Below are positions 28,428 to 42,620 of a stretch of 64,000 bases of DNA, one piece after another. How positions within the stretch are numbered: position 1 is the stretch's first letter; each line of letters begins with the position of its first letter. A model generated the notes under the pieces. It did no database searches and was not told the origin of the DNA. It saw only the letters and a program-made list of their open reading frames with translations. Both the position numbers and the translations under genes were made by a program. This DNA is from the human T2T-CHM13v2.0 reference genome, Homo sapiens. Location: contig CP086569.2 of the NCBI GenBank assembly GCA_009914755.4, forward strand, positions 40,512,001-40,576,000, read 5' to 3'.

Positions 28428-31400
28428 GGAATCGAACCACAAGGAATGGACAGGAATAGAATGGTCTCGAATTGAATGGAATCGTATGGAATGGCATCAA
28501 ACGGAATGGAATGGACAGCCACGGAATGGAATGCACTCGAATGCAATGGAGTCGAAACTTATGGACTGGAATAGAATGGACTCGACTGGTACGGACTCCA
28601 ATGGAATGGAATCGAATGGAAGGGATTCGAACGGAATGGACTCGAAGGGAAAAGACTGCAATGGAAAGGTCTCGAATGGAATGGAAATTAATGGAATGGA
28701 ATGGAATCGAATGAAATGGAGTCAAAAGGAATGGAATCGAATGGCAAGAAATCGAATGTAATGGAATCGCAAGGAATTGATGTGAACGGAACGGAATGGA
28801 ATGGAATCCAAAGGAATGGAATAGAATGGAATGGAATCGAATGGAAAGGACTCGAATGGAAATCACTCGAATAGAATGCAATTTAATAAAATAGGATCAA
28901 ATGTAATTGAATAGAATGGAAAGGAATCGAAACGAAAGGAATGGAGACAGATGGAATGGAATGGAACAGAGAGCAATGGTATAGAATGGAATGGAATCAT
29001 CTGGAATGGAATTGAATGGAATGGAATAATATGAAATGGAATGGAATGGAATAGAATGGAATGCCCTTGAATTAAATGGACTGGAATGGAATGGACTCGA
29101 ACAGAGTGGAATGGAAAGTGTTGAGATAGAATGGAATGGACTCTTTTGGAATGGTCTAGTATGCAATGCAATCGACTGGCAGGGAATCAAAAGGAATGTA
29201 ATCGAATGGATTAGACTGGAATGCAATGGACTCGAATAGATTGGAAACGGAATGCAAAGGAATGGAATGGAATAGTATGGAATGGAATGGAAAGGAATGG
29301 AGTGGAATAGACTAGAGTGGAATGGAATGGACTGGAAAGCAATGGACTGGAATGGAACTTTCTTGAATGGACTGGAATCAAACGGAATGGAATGCAATGC
29401 AATCAAATGGCATGGAATAAAATAGAATGAAAGAGAATCAAATGGAATTGAATCGAATGGAATCGAATGGATTGGAAAGGAATAGAATGGAATGGAATGG
29501 AATTGACTCAAATGGAATGGACTAGAATGGAATGGATTCGAATGGAAGGCAAAGGAATGGAATCTATTGGAATGGACTGTAATGGAATGGAATGGAAGGG
29601 ATTGGAATGGACTCGAATGGAATGGACTGCAATAGAAAGGATTCGAATGGAATGAAAAAGAGTTGAATGGAATAGAACAGAATGGAATCAAATCGAATGA
29701 AATGGAATGGAATAGAAAGGAATGGAATGAAATGGAATGGAAAGGATTCGAATGGAATGCAATCGAATGGAATGGAATCGAACGGAATGGAATAAAATGG
29801 AAGAAAACTGGCAAGAAATGGAATCGAAATGAATGGAGTGTTATGGAACGGACTCAAAAGGAATTGAATGTAATAGAATGGAGTGGAGTGGACTCGAATA
29901 TAATGGACTGGAATGGAATGAAATCACATGGAATGGGAACGAATGGAATGGAATGGAAAGGAATGGAATCGAATGGAAAGGAATCGAATGGAAGGGAATG
30001 AAATTGAATCAACAGGAATGGAAGGGAATAGAATAGACGGTAATGGAATGGACTCGAATAGAATGGACACGAATGCTCAAATTGAATGGACTCGAATGGA
30101 ATGGAAACGAAAGGAATGTCATCGAATGGAATTGAATCGATTGGAATGAAATCGCATAGAATGGAGTGGAATCAAATGGAATTGAATCGAAAGGAAAGGA
30201 AGCGAATGGACTGAAATGAAATGGAATGGAATTGAATGGAAAGTAATGCAATGGAATAGAATGGAACGAAATTTCACGGAATGGAATCAAACTGAATGGA
30301 ATCAAATCAATGGAATCAAATCAAATGGAATGGAAAGGAATTGAATGGAGTAGATTGGATTGGATGGGATTGGAATGAAATGTACTGGAAAGGACTCGAA
30401 TTTCATGAAACGGAATGGAATGAATTGGAACGGAATGGACTCGAATGGAATGGAATGTCATGGAATGGCATCAAATGGAATGGCATCAAATGGAATGGAA
30501 TCGAATGCAATGGAATGCTATGGAATGGAATGGAATGCATTGGAATGGAATGTCCTCTAATGGAATGGATTCGAGTGGAATGGAATCGAATATAATGGAG
30601 TCGAATGAAAAGGAATTGAAAGGAATGGGATCGAATACAATGGAATATACTGGAATGTAATGTAATGAACTCGAATGTAATTGACTGGAATGGAATGTAC
30701 ATGAATGGAATGTAATCGAATGGAAAGTAATCCAATGGAATAGAATCTAATGCAATAAAATCGACTCAGATAGAGTAGAATGTAATGGAATGGAGTGCAG
30801 TGCAATGGAATGGAATGGAATGGAATGCAATGGAATGGAATGGAATGGAATGGAATGGAATGGAATGGAATGGAATGGAATGGGATGGAATGGTATGGAA
30901 TGGATAGTAATGGACTGGAATGAAATGGACTGGAAATGAATGGACTCAAATTGAAAGGGCTCGAAAGGAATGGAGTCAAATGGAATGGTCTGGAATGGAA
31001 TGAACACGAATGTAATGCAATCCAATAGAATGGAATCGAATGGCATGGAATATAAAGAAATGGAATCGAAGAGAATGGAAACAAATGGAATGGAATTGAA
31101 TGGAATGGAATTGAATGGAATGGGAACGAATGGAGTGAAATTGTATGCAGTAGAAGAGAATAGAATGGAATTCAAGCGAAAGGAAAGGAATGGATTGCAA
31201 TGGAATGGAATTCATTGGAATGGAAGGGAATGTAGTGTAATGGACAGGCCTGGAATAAAGTGGAATGTTACGGTCTCGAATGGAATAAAAATGTATGGAA
31301 TGGAATGCAATGAAACGGAATCGAATGTCATAGAATGTAATGGAATGCAAAAAAATGGAATCCAAAATCATTGACAGGAAAGGCTGGGTGTCGAAAGGAA

Positions 31401-31976
31401 TTGACTCCAATGGAATGGAATCGAATGGAATGGAAGTGAATAGAATCGAACTAAATCGAATGGAATGGAATTGATAGGAACGGAATGGAAAGGAATGCAA
31501 TGATTTGGCATGGAATGGAATCGAATGGCATCGAATGGAATGCAATGGAATGGAATGTATTAGAATGTAATGAACTTTAATGGAATGCACTCGAATGGAT
31601 TCGACTGGAATGGAATGTTCTGGAAGTGAATGGACTCCAATGGAATGGATTCAAAAGGAATGGAATCGTACGGAATGGAATCTAATGGAATGGAATTAAA
31701 TGGAAATGAATCAAATTGAATAGCACGGAATTGAATTGAAAGGAATGGAATGCAATGGAATCTAATGAAACGGAAAGGAAAGGAATGGAATGGAATGGAA
31801 TGGGCTGGAATGGAAAGTAATCGAAACGAATGGAATGGAATTGAAGTGAAGAGACTGCAATGGAATGCACTGGAATGGAAGTTTCTCGAAAAAAATGGAA
31901 TCGAATGGAATGGAATTGAATGGAACGGAATAGTGTCGAATGGAATTGAATGGAATGGAATGGACTAGAGTGAAAT
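28428..31976 (+). repeat. HOR unit 9 (3,549 bp); near-identical copy of unit 7
   Basis: Landmark at 28428, which is 7,112 bp after the unit 7 landmark. Confidence 0.9.
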
Positions 31977-34900
31977 GGAATCGAACCACAAGGAATGGAC
32001 AGGAATAGAATGGTCTCGAATTGAATGGAATCGTATGGAATGGCATCAAACGGAATGGAATGGACAGCCACGGAATGGAATGCACTCGAATGCAATGGAG
32101 TCGAAACTAATGGACTGGAATAGAATGGACTCGACTGGTACGGACTCCAATGGAATGGAATCGAATGGAAGGGAATCGAATGGAAGGGAATCGAACGGAA
32201 TGGACTCGAAGGGAAAAGACTGCAATGGAAAGGTCTCGAATGGAATGGAAATTAATGGAATGGAGTGGAATCGAATGAAATGGAGTCAAAAGGAATGGAA
32301 TCGAATGGCAAGAAATCGAATGTAATGGAATCGCCAGGAATTGATGTGAACGGAACGGAATGGAATGGAATCCAAAGGAATGGAATAGAATGGAATGGAA
32401 TCGAATGGAAAGGACTCGAATGGAAATCACTCGAATAGAATGCAATTTAATAAAATAGGATCAAATGTAATGGAATGGAATGGAAAGGAATCGAAAGAAA
32501 GGAATGGAGACAGATGGAATGGAATGGAACAGAGAACAATGGTATAGAATGGAATGGAATCATCTGGAATGGAATTGAATGGAATGGAATAATATGAAAT
32601 GGAATGGAATGGAATGGAATGGAATGCCCTTGAATTAAATGGACTGGAATGGAATGGACTCAAACAGAGTGGAATGGAAAGTGTGGAGATAGAATGGAAT
32701 GAACTCCTTTGGAATGGTGTAGTATGCAATGCAATCGACTGGCAGGGAATCAAAAGGAATGTAATCGAATGGATTGGACTGGAATGCAATGGACTCGAAT
32801 AGATTGGAAACGGAATGCAAAGAATGGAATGGAATAGTATGGAATGCAATGGAAGGGAATGGAGTGGAATAGACTAGAGTGGAATGGAATGGACTGGAAA
32901 GCAATGGACTGGAATGGAACTTTCTTGGATGGACTGGAATCAAACGGAATGGAATGCAATGCAATCAAATGGCATGGAATAAAATAGAATGAAAGAGAAT
33001 CAAATGGAATTGAATCGAATGGAATCGAATGGATTGGAAAGGAATAGAATGGAATGGAATGGAATTGACTCAAATGGAATGGACTAGAATGGAATGGATT
33101 CGAATGGAAGGCAAAGGAATGGAATCTATTGGAATGGACTGTAATGGAATGGAATGGAAGGGATTGGAATGGACTCGAATGGAATGGACTGCAATAGAAA
33201 GGATTCGAATGGAATGAAAAAGAATTGAATGGAATAGAACAGAATGGAATCAAATCGAATGAAATGGAATGGAATAGAAAGGAATGGAATGAAATGGAAT
33301 GGAAAGGATTCGAATGGAATGCAATCGAATGGAATGGAATCGAACGGAATGGAATATAATGGAAGAAAACTGGCAAGAAATGGAATCGAAATGAATGGAG
33401 TGTTATGGAACGGACTCAAAAGGAATTGAATGTAATAGAATGGAGTGGAGTGGACTCGAATATAATGGACTGGAATGGAATGAAATCACATGGAATGGGA
33501 ACGAATGGAATGGAATGGAAAGGAATGGAATCGAATGGAAAGGAATCGAATGGAAGGGAATGAAATTGAATCAACAGGAATGGAAGGGAATAGAATAGAC
33601 TGTAATGGAATGGACTCGAATAGAATGGACACGAATGCTCAAATTAAATGGACTCGAATGGAATGGAAACGAAAGGAATGTCATCGAATGGAATTGAATC
33701 GATTGGAATGAAATCGCATAGAATGCAGTGGAATCAAATGGAATTGAATCGAAAGGAAAGGAAGCGAATGGACTGAAATAAAATGGAATGGAATTGAATG
33801 GAAAGTAATGCAATGGAATAGAATGGAACGAAATTTCACGGAATGGAATCAAACTGAATGGAATCAAATCAATGGAATCAAATCAAATGGAATGGAAAGG
33901 AATTGAATGGAGTAGATGGGATTGGATGGGATTGGAATGAAATGTACTGGAAAGGACTCGAATTTCATGAAACGGAATGGAATGAATTGGAACGGAATGG
34001 ACTCGAATGGAATGGAATGTCATGGGATGGCATCAAATGGAATGACATCAAATGGAATGGAATCGAATGCAATGGAATGCTATGGAATGGAATGGAATGC
34101 ATTGGAATGGAATGTCCTCTAATGGAATGGATTCGAGTGGAATGGAATTGAATATAATGGAGTCGAATGAAATGGAATTGAAAGGAATGGGATCGAATAC
34201 AATGGAATATACTGGAATGTAACGTAATGAACTCGAATGTAATTGACTGGAATGGAATGTACATGAATGGAATGTAATCGAATGGAAAGTAATCCAATGG
34301 AATAGAATCTAATGCAATAAAATCGACTCAGATAGAGTAGAATGTAATGGAATGGAGTGCAGTGCAATGGAATGGAATGGAATGGAATGCAATGGAATGG
34401 AATGGAATGGAATGGAATGGAATGGGATGGAATGGTATGGAATGGATAGTAATGGACTGGAGTGAAATGGACTGGAAAGGAATGGACTCAAATTGAAAGG
34501 TCTCGAAAGGAATGGAGTCAAATGGAATGGTCTGGAATGGAATGAACACGAATGTAATGCAACCCAATAGAATGGAATCGAATGGCATGGAATATAAAGA
34601 AATGGAATCGAAGAGAATGGAAACAAATGGAATGGAATTGAATGGAATGGGAACGAATGGAGTGAAATTGTATGCAGTAGAAGAGAATAGAATGGAATTC
34701 AAGCGAAAGGAAAGGAATGGATTGCAATGGAATGGAATTCATTGGAATGGAAGGGAATGTAGTGTAATGGACAGGCCTGGAATAAAGTGGAATGTTACGG
34801 TCTCGAATGGAATAAAAATGTATGGAATGGAATGCAATGAAACGGAATCGAATGTCATAGAATGTAATGGAATGAAAAAAAATGGAATCCAAAATCATTG

Positions 34901-35528
34901 ACTGGAAAGGCTGGGTGTCGAAAGGAATTGACTCCAATGGAATGGAATCGAATGGAATGGAAGTGAATAGAATCGAACTAAATCGAATGGAATGGAATTG
35001 ATAGGAACGGAATGGAAAGGAATGCAATGATTTGGCATGGAATGGAATCGAATGGCATCGAATGGAATGGAATGGAATGCAATGGAATGGAATGTATTAG
35101 AATGTAATGAACATTAATGGAATGTACTCGAATGGATTCGACTGGAATGGAATGTTCTGGAAGTGAATGGACTCCAATGGAATGGATTCGAAAGGAATGG
35201 AATCGAACGGAATGGAATCTAATGGAATGGAATTAAATGGATATGAATCAAATTGAATAGCACGGAATTGAATTGAATGGAATCGAATGCAATGGAATCT
35301 AATGAAACGGAAAGGAAAGGAATGGAATGGAATGGAATGGGCTGGAATGGAAAGGAATCGAAACGAATGGAATGGAATCGAACTGAAGAGACTGGAATGG
35401 AATGCACTGGAATGGAAGGGAGTGTAATGGAAGGTTCTCGAAAATAATGGAAGCAAATGGAATGGAATTGAATGGAACGGAATAGAGTCGAATGGAATTG
35501 AATGGAATGGAATGGACTAGAGTGAAAT
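31977..35528 (+). repeat. HOR unit 10 (3,552 bp)
   Basis: Landmark at 31977 and the same landmark order. The 15-bp duplication variant is present. Confidence 0.9.
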
Positions 35529-38500
35529 GGAATCGAACCACAAGGAATGGACAGGAATAGAATGGTCTCGAATTGAATGGAATCGTATGGAATGGCATCA
35601 AACGGAATGGAATGGACAGCCACGGAATGGAATGCACTCGAATGCAATGGAGTCGAAACTTATGGACTGGAATAGAATGGACTCGACTGGTACGGACTCC
35701 AATGGAATGGAATCGAATGGAAGGGATTCGAACGGAATGGACTCGAAGGGAAAAGACTGCAATGGAAAGGTCTCGAATGGAATGGAAATTAATGGAATGG
35801 AATGGAATCGAATGAAATGGAGTCAAAAGGAATGGAATCGAATGGCAAGAAATCGAATGTAATGGAATCGCAAGGAATTGATGTGAACGGAACGGAATGG
35901 AATGGAATCCAAAGGAATGGAATAGAATGGAATGGAATCGAATGGAAAGGACTCGAATGGAAATCACTCGAATAGAATGCAATTTAATAAAATAGGATCA
36001 AATGGAATGGAATGGAATGGAAAGGAATCGAAACGAAAGGAATGGAGACAGATGGAATGGAATGGAACAGAGAGCAATGGTATAGAATGGAATGGAATCA
36101 TCTGGAATGGAATTGAATGGAATGGAATAATATGAAATGGAATGGAATGGAATGGAATGGAATGCCCTTGAATTAAATGGACTGGAATGGAATGGACTCG
36201 AACAGAGTGGAATGGAAAGTGTTGAGATAGAATGGAATGGACTCTTTTGGAATGGTGTAGTATGCAATGCAATCGACTGGCAGGGAATCAAAAGGAATGT
36301 AATGGAATGGACTGGACTGGAATGCAATGGACTCGAATAGATTGGAAACGGAATGCAAAGGAATGGAATGGAATAGTATGGAATGGAATGGAAAGGAATG
36401 GAGTGGAATAGACTAGAGTGGAATGGAATGGACTGGAAAGCAATGGACTGGAATGGAACTTTCTTGAATGGACTGGAATCAAACGGAATGGAATGCAATG
36501 CAATCAAATTGCATGGAATAAAATAGAATGAAAGAGAATCAAATGGAATTGAATCGAATGGAATCGAATGGATTGGAAAGGAATAGAATGGAATGGAATG
36601 GAATTGACTCAAATGGAATGGACTAGAATGGAATGGATTCGAATGGAAGGCAAAGGAATGGAATCTATTGGAATGGACTGTAATGGAATGGAATGGAAGG
36701 GATTGGAATGGACTCGAATGGAATGGACTGCAATAGAAAGGATTCGAATGGAATGAAAAAGAGTTGAATGGAATAGAACAGAATGGAATCAAATCGAATG
36801 AAATGGAATGGAATAGAAAGGAATGGAATGAAATGGAATGGAAAGGATTCGAATGGAATGCAATCGAATGGAATGGAATCGAACGGAATGGAATAAAATG
36901 GAAGAAAACTGGCAAGAAATGGAATCGAAATGAATGGAGTGTTATGGAACGGACTCAAAAGGAATTGAATGTAATAGAATGGAGTGGAGTGGACTCGAAT
37001 ATAATGGACTGGAATGGAATGAAATCACATGGAATGGGAACGAATGGAATGGAATGGAAAGGAATGGAATCGAATGGAAAGGAATCGAATGGAAGGGAAT
37101 GAAATTGAATCAACAGGAATGGAAGGGAATAGAATAGACGGTAATGGAATGGACTCGAATAGAATGGACACGAATGCTCAAATTGAATGGACTCGAATGG
37201 AATGGAAACGAAAGGAATGTCATCGAATGGAATTGAATCGATTGGAATGAAATCGCATAGAATGGAGTGGAATCAAATGGAATTGAATCGAAAGGAAAGG
37301 AAGCGAATGGACTGAAATGAAATGGAATGGAATTGAATGGAAAGTAATGCAATGGAATAGAATGGAACGAAATTTCACGGAATGGAATCAAACTGAATGG
37401 AATCAAATCAATGGAATCAAATCAAATGGAATGGAAAGGAATTGAATGGAGTAGATTGGATTGGATGGGATTGGAATGAAATGTACTGGAAAGGACTCGA
37501 ATTTCATGAAACGGAATGGAATGAATTGGAACGGAATGGACTCGAATGGAATGGAATGTCATGGAATGGCATCAAATGGAATGGCATCAAATGGAATGGA
37601 ATCGAATGCAATGGAATGCTATGGAATGGAATGGAATGCATTGGAATGGAATGTCCTCTAATGGAATGGATTCGAGTGGAATGGAATCGAATATAATGGA
37701 GTCGAATGAAAAGGAATTGAAAGGAATGGGATCGAATACAATGGAATATACTGGAATGTAATGTAATGAACTCGAATGTAATTGACTGGAATGGAATGTA
37801 CATGAATGGAATGTAATCGAATGGAAAGTAATCGAATGGAATAGAATCTAATGCAATAAAATCGACTCAGATAGAGTAGAATGTAATGGAATGGAGTGCA
37901 GTGCAATGGAATGGAATGGAATGGAATGCAATGGAATGGAATGGAATGGAATGGAATGGAATGGAATGGAATGGAATGGGATGGAATGGTATGGAATGGA
38001 TAGTAATGGACTGGAATGAAATGGACTGGAAAAGAATGGACTCAAATTGAAAGGGCTCGAAAGGAATGGAGTCAAATGGAATGGTCTGGAATGGAATGAA
38101 CACGAATGTAATGCAATCCAATAGAATGGAATCGAATGGCATGGAATATAAAGAAATGGAATCGAAGAGAATGGAAACAAATGGAATGGAATTGAATGGA
38201 ATGGAATTGAATGGAATGGGAACGAATGGAGTGAAATTGTATGCAGTAGAAGAGAATAGAATGGAATTCAAGCGAAAGGAAAGGAATGGATTGCAATGGA
38301 ATGGAATTCATTGGAATGGAAGGGAATGTAGTGTAATGGACAGGCCTGGAATAAAGTGGAATGTTACGGTCTCGAATGGAATAAAAATGTATGGAATGGA
38401 ATGCAATGAAACGGAATCGAATGTCATAGAATGTAATGGAATGCAAAAAAATGGAATCCAAAATCATTGACAGGAAAGGCTGGGTGTCGAAAGGAATTGA

Positions 38501-39072
38501 CTCCAATGGAATGGAATCGAATGGAATGGAAGTGAATAGAATCGAACTAAATCGAATGGAATGGAATTGATAGGAACGGAATGGAAAGGAATGCAATGAT
38601 TTGGCATGGAATGGAATCGAATGGCATCGAATGGAATGCAATGGAATGGAATGTATTAGAATGTAATGAACTTTAATGGAATGTACTCGAATGGATTCGA
38701 CTGGAATGGAATGTTCTGGAAGTGAATGGACTCCAATGGAATGGATTCAAAAGGAATGGAATCGTACGGAATGGAATCTAATGGAATGGAATTAAATGGA
38801 AATGAATCAAATTGAATAGCACGGAATTGAATTGAATGGAATGGAATGCAATGGAATCTAATGAAACGGAAAGGAAAGGAATGGAATGGAATGGAATGGG
38901 CTGGAATGGAAAGGAATCGAAACGAATGGAATGGAATCGAACTGAAGAGACTGCAATGGAATGCACTGGAATGGAAGGTTCTCGAAATAAATGGAATCGA
39001 ATGGAATGGAATTGAATGGAACGGAATAGTGTCGAATGGAATTGAATGGAATGGAATGGACTAGAGTGAAAT
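35529..39072 (+). repeat. HOR unit 11 (3,544 bp)
   Basis: Landmark at 35529. Confidence 0.9.
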
Positions 39073-42000
39073 GGAATCGAACCACAAGGAATGGACAGGA
39101 ATAGAATGGTCTCGAATTGAATGGAATCGTATGGAATGGCATCAAACGGAATGGAATGGACAGCCACGGAATGGAATGCACTCGAATGCAATGGAGTCGA
39201 AACTAATGGACTGGAATAGAATGGACTCGACTGGTACGGACTCCAATGTAATGGAATCGAATGGAAGGGAATCGAACGGAAGGGAATCGAACGGAATGGA
39301 CTCGAAGGGAAAAGACTGCAATGGAAAGGTCTCGAATGGAATGGAAATTAATGGAATGGAGTGGAATCGAATGAAATGGAGTCAAAAGGAATGGAATCGA
39401 ATGGCAAGAAATCGAATGTAATGGAATCGCCAGGAATTGATGTGAACGGAACGGAATGGAATGGAATCCAAAGGAATGGAATAGAATGGAATGGAATCGA
39501 ATGGAAAGGACTCGAATGGAAATCACTCGAATAGAATGCAATTTAATAAAATAGGATCAAATGTAATGGAATGGAATGGAAAGGAATCGAAAGAAAGGAA
39601 TGGAGACAGATGGAATGGAATGGAACAGAGAACAATGGTATAGAATGGAATGGAATCATCTGGAATGGAATTGAATGGAATGGAATAATATGAAATGGAA
39701 TGGAATGGAATGGAATGGAATGCCCTTGAATTAAATGGACTGGAATGGAATGGACTCAAACAGAGTGGAATGGAAAGTGTGGAGATAGAATGGAATGAAC
39801 TCCTTTGGAATGGTGTAGTATGCAATGCAATCGACTGGCAGGGAATCAAAAGGAATGTAATCGAATGGATTGGACTGGAATGCAATGGACTCGAATAGAT
39901 TGGAAACGGAATGCAAAGGAATGGAATGGAATAGTATGGAATGCAATGGAAGGGAATGGAGTGGAATAGACTAGAGTGGAATGGAATGGACTGGAAAGCA
40001 ATGGACTGGAATGGAACTTTCTTGAATGGACTGGAATCAAACGGAATGGAATGCAATGCAATCAAATGGCATGGAATAAAATAGAATGAAAGAGAATCAA
40101 ATGGAATTGAATCGAATGGAATCGAATGGATTGGAAAGGAATAGAATGGAATGGAATTGACTCAAATGGAATGGACTAGAATGGAATGGATTCGAATGGA
40201 AGGCAAAGGAATGGAATCTATTGGAATGGACTGTAATGGAATGGAATGGAAGGGATTGGAATGGACTCGAATGGAATGGACTGCAATAGAAAGGATTCGA
40301 ATGGAATGAAAAAGAATTGAATGGAATAGAACAGAATGGAATCAAATCGAATGAAATGGAATGGAATAGAAAGGAATGGAATGAAATGGAATGGAAAGGA
40401 TTCGAATGGAATGCAATCGAATGGAATGGAATCGAACGGAATGGAATAAAATGGAAGAAAACTGGCAAGAAATGGAATCGAAATGAATGGAGTGTTATGG
40501 AACGGACTCAAAAGGAATTGAATGTAATAGAATGGAGTGGAGTGGACTCGAATATAATGGACTGGAATGGAATGAAATCACATGGAATGGGAACGAATGG
40601 AATGGAATGGAAAGGAATGGAATCGAATGGAAAGGAATCGAATGGAAGGGAATGAAATTGAATCAACAGGAATGGAAGGGAATAGAATAGACGGTAATGG
40701 AATGGACTCGAATAGAATGGACACGAATGCTCAAATTAAATGGACTCGAATGGAATGGAAACGAAAGGAATGTCATCGAATGGAATTGAATCGATTGGAA
40801 TGAAATCGCATAGAATGGAGTGGAATCAAATGGAATTGAATCGAAAGGAAAGGAAGCGAATGGACTGAAATGAAATGGAATGGAATTGAATGGAAAGTAA
40901 TGCAATGGAATAGAATGGAACGAAATTTCACGGAATGGAATCAAACTGAATGGAATCAAATCAATGGAATCAAATCAAATGGAATGGAAAGGAATTGAAT
41001 GGAGTAGATGGGATTGGATGGGATTGGAATGAAATGTACTGGAAAGGACTCGAATTTCATGAAACGGAATGGAATGAATTGGAACGGAATGGACTCGAAT
41101 GGAATGGAATGTCATGGGATGGCATCAAATGGAATGACATCAAATGGAATGGAATCGAATGCAATGGAATGCTATGGAATGGAATGGAATGCATTGGAAT
41201 GGAATGTCCTCTAATGGAATGGATTCGAGTGGAATGGAATCGAATATAATGGAGTCGAATGAAATGGAATTGAAAGGAATGGGATCGAATACAATGGAAT
41301 ATACTGGAATATAACGTAATGAACTCGAATGTAATTGACTGGAATGGAATGTACATGAATGGAATGTAATCGAATGGAAAGTAATCCAATGGAATAGAAT
41401 CTAATGCAATAAAATCGACTCAGATAGAGTAGAATGTAATGGAATGGAGTGCAGTGCAATGGAATGGAATGGAATGGAATGCAATGGAATGGAATGGAAT
41501 GGAATGGGATGGAATGGAATGGAATGGAATGGAATGGAATGGGATGGAATGGTATGGAATGGATAGTAATGGACTGGAGTGAAATGGACTGGAAAGGAAT
41601 GGACCCAAATTGAAAGGTCTCGAAAGGAATGGAGTCAAATGGAATGGTCTGGAATGGAATGAACACGAATGTAATGCAACCCAATAGAATGGAATCGAAT
41701 GGCATGGAATATAAAGAAATGGAATCGAAGAGAATGGAAACAAATGGAATGGAATTGAATGGAATGGGAACGAATGGAGTGAAATTGTATGCAGTAGAAG
41801 AGAATAGAATGGAATGCAAGCGAAAGGAAAGGAATGGATTGGAATGGAATGGAATTCATTGGAATGGAAGGGAATGTAGTGTAATGGACAGGCCTGGAAT
41901 AAAGTGGAATGCTACGGTCTCGAATGGAATAAAAATGTATGGAATGGAATGCAATGAAACGGAATCGAATGTCATAGAATGTAATGGAATGCAAAAAAAT

Positions 42001-42620
42001 GGAATCCAAAATAATTGACAGGAAAGGCTGGGTGTCGAAAGGAATTGACTCCAATGGAATGGAATCGAATGGAATGGAAGTGAATAGAATCGAACTAAAT
42101 CGAATGGAATGGAATTGATAGGAACGGAATGGAAAGGAATGCAATGATTTGGCATGGAATGGAATCGAATGGCATCGAATGGAATGCAATGGAATGGAAT
42201 GTATTAGAATGTAATGAACTTTAATGGAATGTACTCGAATGGATTCGACTGGAATGGAATGTTCTGGAAGTGAATGGACTCCAATGGAATGGATTCCAAA
42301 GGAATGGAATCGTACGGAATGGAATCTAATGGAATGGAATTAAATGGAAATGAATCAAATTGAATAGCACGGAATTGAATTGAATGGAATGGAATGCAAT
42401 GGAATCTAATGAAACGGAAAGGAAAGGAATGGAATGGAATGGAATGGGCTGGAATGGAAAGGAATCGAAACGAATGGAATGGAATCGAAGTGAAGAGACT
42501 GCAATGGAATGCACTGGAATGGAAGGTTCTCGAAATAAATGGAATCGAATGGAATGGAATTGAATGGAACGGAATAGTGTCGAATGGAATTGAATGGAAT
42601 GGAATGGACTAGAGTGAAAT
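39073..42620 (+). repeat. HOR unit 12 (3,548 bp)
   Basis: Landmark at 39073. Confidence 0.9.
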
